In this document: piece after piece, positions 43,380 through 57,900 of the stretch
How positions within the stretch are numbered: the first letter of the stretch is position 1
Layout: each line of letters begins with the position of its first letter
NCBI GenBank assembly: GCA_964016885.1
Contig: OZ024743.1
Span: 201,996,001 to 202,060,000, forward strand
Source of the DNA: Eledone cirrhosa
Lineage: Eukaryota
Length of the DNA: 64,000 nucleotides
Direction of reading: 5' to 3'
Position numbers and translations under genes: made by a program
The notes under the pieces: model-generated
Database searches by the model: none
What the model saw: only the letters and a program-made list of their open reading frames with translations
Told to the model about the DNA's origin: nothing

Positions 43380-43386
<7 letters not shown>
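43121..43386 (+). mobile_element. Solo pseudo-LTR of the Penelope-like element at 55-59 kb
   Basis: Matches 58710-58945, including tca CTGAAGA ggtcaca..tgtgac GAAA gaactt tga. TA runs lie on both sides. Confidence 0.85.
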
Positions 43387-43410
<24 letters not shown>

Positions 43411-43417
<7 letters not shown>

Positions 43418-43844
43418 ACAGGAGGCTGGACTGGTGTAATTCCTTAAAGGTTTATTATACTATGACCATTTCAATGACCGGATTGAGTATGAATCCGGTG
43501 ACATTATCAGGTATTCCGAAATTTAACAAAGGAATATAATCGACACAATCCAGTTGAAGGCGGCCAACCGGACTGGCAACCGCTAATTTTCTGGCCGCCT
43601 TCTCGTCTTGGGCATCTCTCTGCTTTTCAGCCCATAGTATGAAATGCTCATAGTATCATAAACCTTTAAGGAATTACACCAGTCCAGTCTCCTGTTATTT
43701 TATAATAATTAACTCCGTACTCGCACCACTAACGACACGAACGAAGACGGGTGAGTTGCATTACGTCGAGTGCTCTCCCTAATATTACATCAAGGTTGAC
43801 TATTCGGAATGACCAGTTCTATCCACTGATGAATAAAAAAAACC

Positions 43845-43847
<3 letters not shown>
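43411..43847. mobile_element. Family H element with head-to-head geometry
   Basis: 43411-43470 is the inverse of 43640-43703. 43650-43847 is homologous to 31460-31662. Confidence 0.75.
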
Positions 43848-43908
<61 letters not shown>

Positions 43909-44023
43909 TATATATAAATATATGAGTATATATGTATATATAAATATATAAATATATAAATATATATAAATATATAAATATATATAAATATATAAATATA
44001 TATATATATATATATAAATATAT

Positions 44024-44085
<62 letters not shown>

Positions 44086-44879
44086 AGAAACGTCCTCATT
44101 CGTTCGTCGGACAAGGCAATTTAAAACATAGTGAAATATGTGAAAAATCTCCTCAAGAAAAGGAAAAGTTTAACGGACGAAAAAATATATAAATAAAAGT
44201 AATGCAAGAGATATATAAAAATAAAATAAGGAAATATAGTTAGGGTATGTGTATAAATGTATGTATATTCACTCACAAATGTACATATGTGTCTATGTAC
44301 AAATGCATGTGTATAGTGAAAAAATGTGTGCGTAAATACATATATGAGGGCATGCATATCAATGTATGTGTGACCACAAATACGTATATAATATATGTTG
44401 AAAAGGAAATTGTAAGATAATAGAGTTAACGTATATCCAGACTCAGGTACTAGGGATTGAAATATATACACATACAAGTATGAAAGCACGCGTATAAACA
44501 CAAACACACACGCAACCACATACATGCAAGTGATATATACAGGAAAGGGAGTGTATCAGTCAAAGCAGTGTCAGGCTGAAGTTCGAGCCATATATAAAAA
44601 AGAAAAAAATGAAAAAATATATGAGAATAAACAATTATATATATATATGAGCTTGGACTCCTACTTAAACTAACACACAATAAGAATTATTTAGATGCAC
44701 ATGACCTCATGTCATCAGCAGCCTCTGGCCCACAAGGTTAGAGAGAGGCAGACCACCTACCATTACCTCAATAACCAAGGAGATTCACACAGAAAGATAG
44801 AGTGGGTGAACCAGAGCCATATGGTTCCTCGAAAAGCATGATGAATTAAAGAAAATGATCGCACATGCGGTGAAGACCA

Positions 44880-45188
44880 GTATAATACACGACCACAATA
44901 TAACCCAAGGCCACACACACACGGATATAACGCATGAACAAACTAAGCATACAACACACAATACACAAAAAAAGATGGCGTAGGACAGAACAAAGGAGAC
45001 ACATACAAAGTAAAAACCCAGTCACAGAGGAGGTCATAGAATATGTAACGGGAAAGAGCTTTGACAATATATAAACCACCATCCGGTTATTGAAATCGAA
45101 CCAACCCATTAACCGGAAATGTGTAATAAATTGAAGCGAAAACCAACAGGTGCGTGTGTTTTTATTGGCAGCATGAACTTCCCAAATT

Positions 45189-45196
<8 letters not shown>
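44880..45196 (+). mobile_element. Older solo pseudo-LTR of the same PLE family
   Basis: Diverged match to 58660-58945 with a decayed HHR at 45020-45065. Confidence 0.75.
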
Positions 45197-45256
<60 letters not shown>

Positions 45257-45259
<3 letters not shown>

Positions 45260-46398
45260 AATATCTTTAAGTCGTTTGGAAGCCTCGACAATGCAAATGG
45301 GTAAATCTCCGGGTAACAAGGTCCGGTGGTGGAGAGAGAGATGTAAGTGGGTGTACGTTGAGATGCGTGGTGTGTATAAGATGTGTGAGATGTGTAGAAT
45401 GAAGGGAAGAGTATAAAGGATAGAATAAAAATAACAACACAAGAGAGAGTTACCTTGGGAGAGATTTAATAGTCCCTATATATTTCGGATTCACATCCAT
45501 CAACTGGGGTTTTTCCGGGGTGGGGGAAAAGGTTGTCTGTCGGACAAGTCCGGAACGCGTCTTTCGCTGTTTGTTGTTTTGAATATCTGAGGTATTCGGC
45601 AGAGCGCGCGTGCGCGTGAAATGGGGTCGGTCGTACAGAGGTCAGCGGCCGAATGAGGGAGTGGGGTGGCGCTAGCTGTCAGTCCATTCTCTGCCTGTTT
45701 GTTAAATGTTACTGTGTGTGTGTGCGTGTCTTGTTGTCTCGCTTGAGTGTGTGTGTGTGTGTGTGTTGTTGCCTTGTTCATCTCTATTGGCAGTGTAGTA
45801 TGTTCGTATGATGGAATGCTACTGTGTGTGTGTGCGTGTGTGTGTGTAGTTGTCTCGTTTGCGTGTGTGTGTGTGTGCGTGTGTTGTGTGTTGTTGCATC
45901 GCTTGTTAACTTAAACCAGCCATTTTATTTCGCTTCTCTCTGATCGGTTGTTTATTTGCGGTTGCAGTCGTTTGATAAAAAGCGCTTCTTGATACGTAAC
46001 GTGCCGACGTTTCTTTCAGTCGCTAGAATTGTGACAATGGGCCTTCCGTCTTTGTTTCCGCATTTGTCTATGTGTTTCCGGAAACACATAGACAAATGCG
46101 GACTTGTCCGACAGACAACCTTTTTCCCCACCCCGGAAAAAACCCCAGTTGATGGATGTGAATCCGAAATATATAGGGACTATTAAATCTCTCCCAAGGT
46201 AACTCTCTCTTGTGTTGTTATTTTTATTTTTATCCTTTATACTCTTCCCTTCATTCTACACATCTCACACATCTTATACACACCACGCATCTCAACGTGC
46301 ACCCACTTACATCTCTCTCTCCACCACCGGACCTTGTTAGCCGGAGATTTACCCATTTGCATTGCCGAGGCTTCCAAACGACTTAAAGATATTTACTT
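45257..46398. mobile_element. Head-to-head non-coding element with ~295-bp near-identical arms
   Basis: 45257-45551 is the inverse of 46099-46398. An HHR-like motif with a non-canonical core lies at 46143-46178. Confidence 0.85.
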
Positions 46399-46435
46399 AT
46401 TGTTCCACAATGCTTCAAGCAAACTTCAATACTCT

Positions 46436-46526
<91 letters not shown>

Positions 46527-46530
<4 letters not shown>

Positions 46531-48137
46531 TGAAATGACAGATTAAAGTTTAAGCAAAGAATCGCTGCATTCACCCTTAACGGGATCTTCTGAAACTAAA
46601 AAAGTCAGTCTGTAAACGCAGAAGTGGATATTTCAAAAAACGTTGCAACTGGAGGAAGACAGGAAGATGATACTTTGGTTTGTGGAAACGTTTCCTGGCA
46701 AAGAACGGGAAAAAACGAAAATAATACGTCATTAATAGGAGCGGTGAAAAACAATTACGCGCAAAGACGGAACCACATTTATGGTATAAAAGAAGTCGTA
46801 GACTAATGTTCTCTTAGGTGGTTCATAGAGACGTTCTCTGGCAATGAACGGAAAAAACGAAGATAATACGTCATATGTGGAGCCTAGCGAACAATTGCAC
46901 GCAAAGACAAAACCACGTAAATGGTATAGCTGAAGTCGTAGACTAAATTTTAACTAGGAAACCGAATGAATCTCCGCTTCAGAGTTAAGAAAAAAGTAAA
47001 TAAATACAATACAGGGGTAATAGAAATTAAATAAATGCATACACACATTCAATTACGTACATACACAAGCATACGCAAAACACTTGCCATAGGTATACAA
47101 AACCACGCACATATAAATATGTGTGTGTGTGTGTGCGTGTATACAAATAAATAATTAAATAAACGAATATAAATAAATAAATACGTATATAACAAGCGCA
47201 CCCACATACCTACATGTAAATACACAAATGTTCGAAGACGTAAGTCAGCCAAAACATGAAGTACACATATACACACACCCTACATACGTACGAAGCTGCA
47301 TACACACGCAGACGCAAAACTGCCGTATACACATCACCAAACCATATGTACGAGAAAATATAAAAAATGTATACTCCACAACATAATCAATCAAATATAC
47401 GTATGAGGAAGTATACGTACCTTCACAAAACATACAGGTAATATATACTTACCTATGCAAATAAGTAATGGTATAAACAAAACATATACTTAACTACCAC
47501 ATCAAGACGTAAAATATCCACGTATAGATCGTACTATCCGTTAGGGTATAATAAGGGACTGTAATACAGGAAAGTTTTGTGCAATTTATGTTTACAAGCC
47601 GAAATTGCCTCAGATTGTTTGTTTAAGATGTGGTCTGTGGCGTAGAGTATTTCCAGAGCCTCAGCGGCGCAGAGGTCATATGGTCTTTTATTTCCGTTAT
47701 ACGATCTAGCCCTAGCTAGGATCTCCAAGTGTAACTTAAATTGGGTGTGGTTGTCTTTTAGACTCCAGATATAAGCTGAAAGTGACGTCATATTCCTTCT
47801 AAGAGGGTAACTAAAAGAATGGGTATGCATGTAAAGACGCCACCTAAGAGAAGATTAGTCTACGACTTCTTTGATACCATAAACGTGGTTCCGTCGTTGC
47901 GCGTAATTGTTTTTCACCGCTCCTATTAATGACGTATTATATTCGTTTTTTCCCGTTCTTTGCCAGGGAACGTTTCCACGAACCAAAGTATCGTCTTCCT
48001 GTCTTCCTCCGGTTGCATCGTTTTTTGAAATATCCACTTCTGCGTTTACAGATTGACTTTGTTAGTTTCAGAAGATCCCGTTAAGGGTGAATGCAGCGAT
48101 TCTTTTCTTAAACTTTAATCTGTTATTTTAATAAATA
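46527..48137 (-). mobile_element. 5'-truncated Penelope-like element (Naiad-like endonuclease C-terminus) with an inverted copy of its 3' end
   Basis: ORF 47534..47830 reads HTHSF..TSLSAYIWSLK..EILARA..DLCAAEALEI..LNKQSEAISACKH. 46527-46820 is the inverse of 47840-48137. Confidence 0.75.
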
Positions 48138-48237
48138 TTTGCTCTACGGTTCTTATATATTTGATATATATTTATCCTTATCGAGCCCTCTTTGGATTTT
48201 AGTCTTCAAATTTATTATTATTACTATGTATATTTAT

Positions 48238-48272
<35 letters not shown>

Positions 48273-48308
48273 CAGATACATATATATACATATACATATA
48301 TATATAAA

Positions 48309-49294
<986 letters not shown>

Positions 49295-49295
49295 A

Positions 49296-49334
<39 letters not shown>

Positions 49335-49344
49335 GCATATATAT

Positions 49345-49390
<46 letters not shown>

Positions 49391-49707
49391 GTATATCTAT
49401 ATATATATATATGTATATGTATATTTATATATATATATATATATATATACTGCTATACCTTTAAGTTGCCATCTCATGTGCATTGATACATTTTAGTTCA
49501 GTTCCACGTGTTTACCAACTTGTGAGTACATTTTCCTTTAACTACAAATTATTATATACTTTCGTCTTTTCATTAATTTCATTAATTTCAAACAACCAAT
49601 AACCAGAATATATTTATATATATTTACTTATATTTATATATACACTTCTCACTCACACACAAGAAAAACAAATATCAAGAAAAAATAATATATTGAAATA
49701 CTTAAGT

Positions 49708-49794
<87 letters not shown>

Positions 49795-49829
49795 ACACAC
49801 ATACACACACACACACACATACACTCAAA

Positions 49830-50390
49830 ACTAGAATGGCTAACCAGCAAAAATCCAACAGAACCGGTCTGATAATGAAATCGACATTCTAATAAACACA
49901 TGGCATTGCCTTACCCAAACAGAAGACATAGATGCTTCATGTCTGAACGAAATTGCTAAACGTACAGTTCACCTTTCGAAAACCTGATCTGAACAACAGA
50001 TTCAAAATAAATTAAAGCAAATCGAAGTTGCTTTTAAATTAATCAATAAACATTTGGATAAACTACGGTGTGTTTTTTCTTCGGACGTTATCCAGCAGCA
50101 GCAACAGCAGCAACAACAACAGCAGCAACAACGGCAACAACAACAACAGCTACAACAACAACAGCAACAACAACCACAACAACAGCAACAGCAGCAACAA
50201 CAATAACAGCAACAACAACAACGACAAGAACAACAACACCAGTGTGAACCACTCCTTGATTCATCAACAATGGCCGATCTACTAAATGAAACTATTGACC
50301 TCCCAGTAGCCACTGTCTCACAGCAGGAAACGCCACTTCCTTTCTCTGCCCCAGCAGTCCAATCATCACCACTGCCAACATCTCCTCTGC

Positions 50391-50459
<69 letters not shown>

Positions 50460-50511
50460 ATAATAATAATAATAATAATACTACTACTAATACTATTACT
50501 ACTACTACTAT

Positions 50512-50552
<41 letters not shown>

Positions 50553-50553
50553 T

Positions 50554-50616
<63 letters not shown>

Positions 50617-53600
50617 ATCTTTGCCTACTGCTATCTCAAGGAATTTACCTCCTAATACCAGTACAAGAACTCTCCCTCCCACAGTCCACAAAGGTCGTCA
50701 AAACGTACTCCAACTATCATCTACACCTCTCACAACACATACACACCCAATCGAAACCCCATCATTTGCCGCTACTCTCTACGCTATAGAATATGTACGG
50801 ATAGTGGCTGCAAATTCATCCTGGGACAAAACGGTCTATCCCCACTAACAACAGCCACCACCATAATACATAGTATAATTTAACAGCAACACAACCACCA
50901 ATAACCCAAACAAGGAATCCACAAATCTGCCGCTTTTCCGAGCGAGACAGATTGTGTTTACACCAGGATTGTCCCTTTACCCATCTCCCGCGGATTCGTC
51001 GAACAAATGAAAATAAAAATAAAAATAAAAATAAAAATAAAAATAAAAATAAAAATAAAAATAAAAATAAAAATAAAAATAAAAATAAAAATAAAAATAA
51101 AAATAAAAATAAAAATAAAAATAAAAATAAAAATAAAAATAAAAATAAAAATAAAAATAAAAATAAAAATAAAAATAAAAATAAAAATAAAAATAAAAAT
51201 AAAAATAAAAATAAAAATAAAAGCAAAAACAAAAACCATAAACTACATAAAAATAACCACTACCACAGTTACCAACAGTCCCCTAAAGAGGAAACTTCTC
51301 CCTCTTTTTTAGCCATAATGAATCTGGCAAAAGAACTGGAAAAAAAACATTCGAGCTATCACCCAGCACCACCCTCCACTATCACCCCTCTGCACACACT
51401 CCCATTGCTGCCATTAACAAACAAACAAATTAACAACACACCAAAACAATTAAAACCATCCACTCTCGCCTCAACATTTTTGCTTAACGCCCATGTCATC
51501 AGCCCTTCCACCAGTACTCAAAAATGGAAGATCAAATTCCTGGAGGACTGGCTTGATGTCCATCCAAACCACATCCCCTTTTTCGTCCTCACTGAAACCC
51601 ATCTCAGTAACCTCCACTTGGAAGCCGAGGTGAAAGTGAAAAATTTCAAAGCCATCCGTGCTGATCGCGCTGGCAGAAGAAAGGGTGGGACTGCCATTTA
51701 TGTCCATAATTCTTTCTCAACAGAGTCTATGAACATATCTTCTAATGGATGCTGCGAAGCAGTCACTGTATTCAGTCAAATCAACAACCTAATAGTAGTT
51801 GGGCTCTATAGGCTACCCCAAACGCCTCTGCCATGCTTCAAGGAATGCCTCATCAGCATAAAGTGTTTCATCCAAGAGTGTCACCCTGACAACATCTTAA
51901 TGATGGGGGACTTCAACCTCCCTGGAGTTGACTGGTCCACAAACAGCCTGCCACCAGGTTCTTCTGCCTCAACCTCTGACAGGGAAGCAGTGGAATCACT
52001 TCTTGACTTCATGGATGATTTCTTCCTGTCCCAACTGGTGCTCGAACCAACAAGGTGCCACAAAAACGTCCTAGACTTAATTTTTAGCAATCACACTGAC
52101 AGTATCCACAATATTGCAGTGGAGAAAACTCTACTCTCTGATCATGACATGGTTCTCTGTGATCTGAGATTTCACCGTCCAATATACAAACCCAATGTCA
52201 TCTCTCCTGTCCATCCGTTTGACGCTATGGATTTCCACAATGCAAACTGGGAAGCGATCAGTCATGATCTTGCACATGTCGACTGGTCCTTCACGCACAC
52301 TCACACACCCACTAACATCAAAAAGTCCTGTCAGACATTTGTGGACACTGTTACAAACATATGTGCAAAACACACCCCATTAAGAACTATAAACAAATCT
52401 AAGAGCAGAATCCCTAGAAATAGAAAAACGCTCATCAGGAAAATTAAGAGAACTAACAAAAAAATCAACAAGCTGAAATAGAGTAAGCAGCAACACATCA
52501 ACTTGACTGCCATTTCATCACTAGAGATTAAAAAACATACCTCCAAAATAATGTGATGTCTATCATCAACAATCAGAGAAGAGCTGAAGAGGCCTGGGCC
52601 ATTGAGAAGATCAAACTCAATCCCAAAGTGTTCTTTTCATTTGCAAATAAACACAAAATCACTGGCTCTACTGTTGACCCTCTAATTGATGAAAATGGCA
52701 CCCTTCCAGACAATGCTAAAACCATGGGTGAGATACTGCAGAAACAATACTGCTCTGTTTTCAGCAATCCTGATATGGCCGATCTGGGCTGTATCGGCAA
52801 TGTTACTCCCCATTACACCTTATCGGACATAACGTTTGGCGCCCCTGATGTCTTAACGGCAATAAAGAAAATCAAGCATAATTCAGCAGTAGGTCCCGAT
52901 AGGTTCCCTGCTTGTCTCTTGAAGGCGTGTCAACACCAACTTGCTTCTCCTCTTGCCAATCTGTGGCGGAACTCACTGGATGCTGGATATGTGCCATAAA
53001 ACCTTCTATCCCAGTCTGTTGTCCCAGTTTTCAAAAAAGGAAACAAATCCCTTGCCGTGAATTACCGTCCAATCTCACTCACCTCTCATATCATTAAGGT
53101 ATTTGAGAGAGTGGTGAGATCACGAATGACCCACTTCCTTGAGAGTAATAATATGCTGAACTCCAACCAGCATGGATGCCGTAATGGAAGGGATTGCCTG
53201 ACGCAGCTACTGCATCACTTTGATGACATTTTGAGAGCCTTGGGAGAGGGTTCCAACATTGATGTTATCTACCTTGATTTCAGCAAGGCCTTTGACAGGG
53301 TTGATCACAACATTTTACTGAGAAAGCTGTCCAATATTGGTGTCACTGGAAAGCTGCTGCAGTGGATCAAGTGCTTCCTGTCAAACAGAACCCAACATGT
53401 TGTAGTCGAAGGAGTTAAATCCAGCCCAGCCAAAGTCAGTAGTAGGGTCCCACAAGTCACTGTGTTAGGCCCACTTCTCTTCATCATCTATATTAATGAC
53501 ATCACTAACATCATCAAACACGAGCAACATTAGAATTTTCGCTGATGATTCCAAGCTCCAAAAGGTCATCAATGGCGTGGATGACCGGATAAGCCTTCAG

Positions 53601-54429
53601 TCAGACCTACTGGCTGTTACCCAATGGGCGGAAAAGAACAACATGTTACTGAACGAAGACAAATTCGAACTGATCCACTTTGGAAAAGAGGATGCTCTGA
53701 AACTCCCGTACTCCCTTCCCTCCGGTGAAACTCTCATGGCATCTAACAATATCAGAGACTTGGGAGTAACCGTGGACAACAACATAAGCTGGGCCACGCA
53801 TATAAGCAGCAAAGTTGACATGGCCCGCAGAATGTGTTCCTGGATCCTCAGAACCTTCCAGTCGAGAGATTTCCACGCCATTATCCTTCTCTTCTCCACT
53901 TTTGCCCGACCACACCTTGAATACTGTTGTCCACTGTGGTCTCCCCACACGAAACAAAGTATCATGAAACTTGAAGCTCCCCAAAGGGCAATCACGAAAA
54001 AGGTAGATGGCATCTCAGATCTTGACTACTGGGGTCGACTAGAAAAGCTGAAACTTTACTCACTCCAACGTCGCCGTGAGCGTTATATTATCTGCATGAT
54101 GTGGAAAACGTTTCATCAGCACTGCCCAAATGATGTTGGCATCACCTTCAAAATACACCCAAGGCTTGGGCCCCGTACTATCCGTCCCAAACAAAAATCT
54201 AAATCTCAACTCATAACAACATTACGGCACAATTATTTCACCTCAATTGGTCCTGCTCTCTTCAACATCACACCAGGACACGTCAAAACAGAAACTGACC
54301 ACACACCATTCTCTTCTCGAATGGGCCATGGGGCCCAAATCCTGAATTGAAAGACTTCGGCAGGTGGTGCTATGAAGTTAGACATGGCCTGGGCCAATAC
54401 TGGGCAAAACATTTCAAAGTTATTCAAAG

Positions 54430-54431
<2 letters not shown>
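49830..54431 (+). mobile_element. Near full-length decayed CR1-group LINE (ORF1 remnant, AP endonuclease, RT)
   Basis: APE motifs: LTETHL, RADR..GGTAIYV, MGDFNLP, LDLIF, SDH. RT motifs: NYRPISLTS, YLDFSKAFDRVDH, VPQ..VLGPLLF, FADD, RPHLEYCCPLWSP, LYSLQRRR. Stops occur at 52481 and 52999, with a frameshift near 53520. Confidence 0.92.
51008..51222. repeat. (AAAAAT)n hexamer expansion inside the CR1 element
   Basis: Directly visible; it reads as poly(Asn-Lys) in frame. Confidence 0.95.
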
Positions 54432-54465
<34 letters not shown>

Positions 54466-54665
54466 CTTTGAATAACTTTGAATAACTTTTGCCTGGGAAC
54501 TTAGCTGAGAATAGAGTCCCGATGACGTAATGAATTCTCGATAGTTATATTGTCTAACTATATTTATCCCATTACAGAAACTAATTAGTTGGAGTGAAAA
54601 TTTTAGTAAGTAAGTTAATTTTTAATTTTTAAAATTTTCTTATTTTACGTCTTTCATATATATAT

Positions 54666-54699
<34 letters not shown>

Positions 54700-54762
54700 A
54701 TATACATATATGTATATATATATATATATATGTACATGCATATATATATATATATGTATATG

Positions 54763-54848
<86 letters not shown>

Positions 54849-54852
54849 CATA

Positions 54853-54940
<88 letters not shown>

Positions 54941-54945
<5 letters not shown>

Positions 54946-57900
54946 ATACTTTGGGAGGGTCATGTTGCCAATAAGAAATACACGCACCAGTTGCTTTCAC
55001 TTCAATTTATTATAATAAATTTTTCCCATTTGGTTCTGGCTCCTCTATATACTCTGATTTTATCTCTCTGATTGTAACCAGAGAACTGCATATGGTGCAT
55101 GAAGTGTTGTATGTGTCTCTCTAGTTCTTTGGGATTGCACATGCGGGACACGTTTTTCATCACCCGTACCAAATCCGTAATCAGTATGCTGATTTTGGTA
55201 TTGTGTCGAAACAGCTGAGTTTCGATGGATCAGATATTTGGAAGTCATGGGTTTGGCATAATGGGAATGGAAATTTTTTTTTTGTTATTATTGGTAAGTA
55301 ACCAGAGCTCTGGGTCTAGTACAGGTAATCGATGGTTGGGGTGTTTGCTTGGGTAGTCTATAGTAACTCTAATACTCTGGTGGATGGAGTTAGCTATTTG
55401 TTGGATGCTTTCCATTGTGTTTCTCTAATTCCTGACTGTTCTCTAGTGGGGGTGTTTTTACTACGATGTTTATATCACCAACGTAGCGGGAGTACATTAT
55501 CAGGGTTGAGGGGCCTTCTAATTGTTCTTTAAGGTTAAGTTTAAGTCTACTGTCCCACCATACGATGAATATGTTAGCTATGTCGCATGCAATGCTAACA
55601 CCAATGGCTGCTGCATCTTCTTGGGCATATGTTTTTCCATTAAATTTGAACATACGTTCCTTAAGGGTTAATTTTATGCTGGCCACCACCGCATTTGCAC
55701 TCATTTTCTTTAGTTCATCGTGGTTTTCGCGGGTCCATATGGCTCAGGTCCACGCGTTCCATCTATCTGTGTGGGTTTTCTTGGCCATTGAGGTAACGGT
55801 AGGTGGTCTGCCTCTTGCTGGTCTTGTAGGGCACAGGTTGCTAAGGCCATATGTATCTAGATAATTATTACTATAGGTAAGTTTAAGTAGGAGTCCCAGC
55901 TCACCGGTATCACTCCCACGGAATTCAGCATTGCCCCCACTGATCATTTCTACGCATTTCTCCACATCAAAATCCACGTCAATAGATGGATACAGGGACA
56001 CAACATCCATACTATCTATTATGCAGTTTGTTAGGTCGCTAGATCGGTTACTCTCGCCGATTCTGCTGAGGAGGTGCTCCGTGCTGTCACATATATCTGG
56101 GGACATTTCAATGATGGGGCGTATGATCAGGGAGAGGAAGTAGGAAAGTCTGTAGTTACTAGCAATGTTAGCTCCAGAGACTGGCCGTGCTGGTGGTCCT
56201 GTGATAGAGTCACTGCTCTTTTTATGGTCTTTTCGAAGCCCATACAACGCTGGCACGTCATTGTTCCAGGCCTGGAAGTTGTTGGCAGTCCTTTTGTTGG
56301 GTTGCATTATATTTGTCCACATCATCATATGGGCATTGAGGGCTTTTCCCCTATAATCATGCTCTTGTGGTTGTACTTCTCTTGTGTTAGTGATGTGGGG
56401 TTGCATTGCCTGGATGTAGTTTGACAGACTGTGAACTGACATTCTGCCAGACTTGTCTGTTGGAAAGCATGCAATCTCTTCATTACGCGAGCGCTGCATC
56501 AGCTTACGCAAGCCATTTGCAGATTTTTCTCCTAGTTGCTGGGCCTCCATTCTATTATGCTTCTTGCTATACTGTTCTATAATATTTCTAAGTTTAGATC
56601 TAGCTATACTAAATTGTGCTTCTGCTTGTTCATCGACCTGCGACGGCAATTGCGTGCGTTTGTTAAATGCTAAAGTCGTGGTGTGGACTCGTCGCAGGTC
56701 GAACGACTTATCGGAAGGATTATAAAAGGTAGAGTTCCAGACTGCTGCTTTATGTGTTCTAATGCTATTGTTATTGTTAGTTGTGTTGTTTCTATTTCTA
56801 TTTCCACCAACAACCTCGTGGTTGTTTCTATGTCTCTTATTATTACTCCTGTCTCTTTCCTCTGGCTCATTGTTATTATCTACTCTATTTTGTTTGTCTG
56901 TGTGTTCGTACTGGTTATTTTCTCTGTCCATAGTCTCCCTTCTCCTTTCAATCCTATTACCTTCCCTTATTTCTGTGCTACTGTCATTACCTGTTTTCTG
57001 TGACTGTGTGTTTGTTAAGATTGTGGTGGTGGTGAGAGGCATTGAATGTGTGTGTGCTGTTGATGTTGTTGTTGTGTTGTGTGCTATTGTTGATGTGTGT
57101 TGTTGTCTCCGTGTATGTTATTAAGGTTGTGTATGTTGTTATTGTTGTTTCTGTCTGCGTGTCTCTATTGTTGTTGTTTCTGACTACCTTATTATTGTTG
57201 ATGTGTGTGTTGTTGTTATCGTTGTTTGTGTCTGTGTGTCTGTTCTTGTTGGGATGTGTGTTGTATATGTGTGTGTGTGTGCGTATGTTGTTACTTTTGT
57301 TTTTGTTTTTGTTTTTGAGGCTCCGACGTAATATGGTAAATGATTTTTCTATTTCTGACAAGCATCTTATCATATTTACCTTATTATATGTGGCATAGTT
57401 AGGTGGTAGTTCTAATATAGATAATTCATCAGAGTCGACCGTAGTGTTGCCGTATATATTTGTGTTGTTGTTGTTGAATTCATCTGTTAATGAGATGTCG
57501 GCCATATTAATACCGTCAATTCTGTCGGGATATCTATCGATATTCTCTAAAGTATCTTGATTTAGTTTTATCTGTTTGAGCCACTTTAGTTTCTTGTTAA
57601 AGTGCTTGTCACATTCTTGAACAATATACTTTTCTTCAACACATATAAGGTTTATAAATATTAATGTTTCTCTTGGTGTGGTGATCTTTGTTATTTCTTG
57701 AATTAGGTTACGCTTATGTTTTTCTTGATGACTTAATCCTCTATAAATCTTCTTTTTTATGTTTAGAATTAGTGTCCGTTTTAGCTTAATTGCTTGCTTT
57801 TTGGTGGTCTGTAATCTTCTTACATCGGTGTTGATGGTGTTGGTGTAAACTCGGGACGAGGCACATACTTTTATGAAGTGTAGTTGTCGAGATGTTATTG

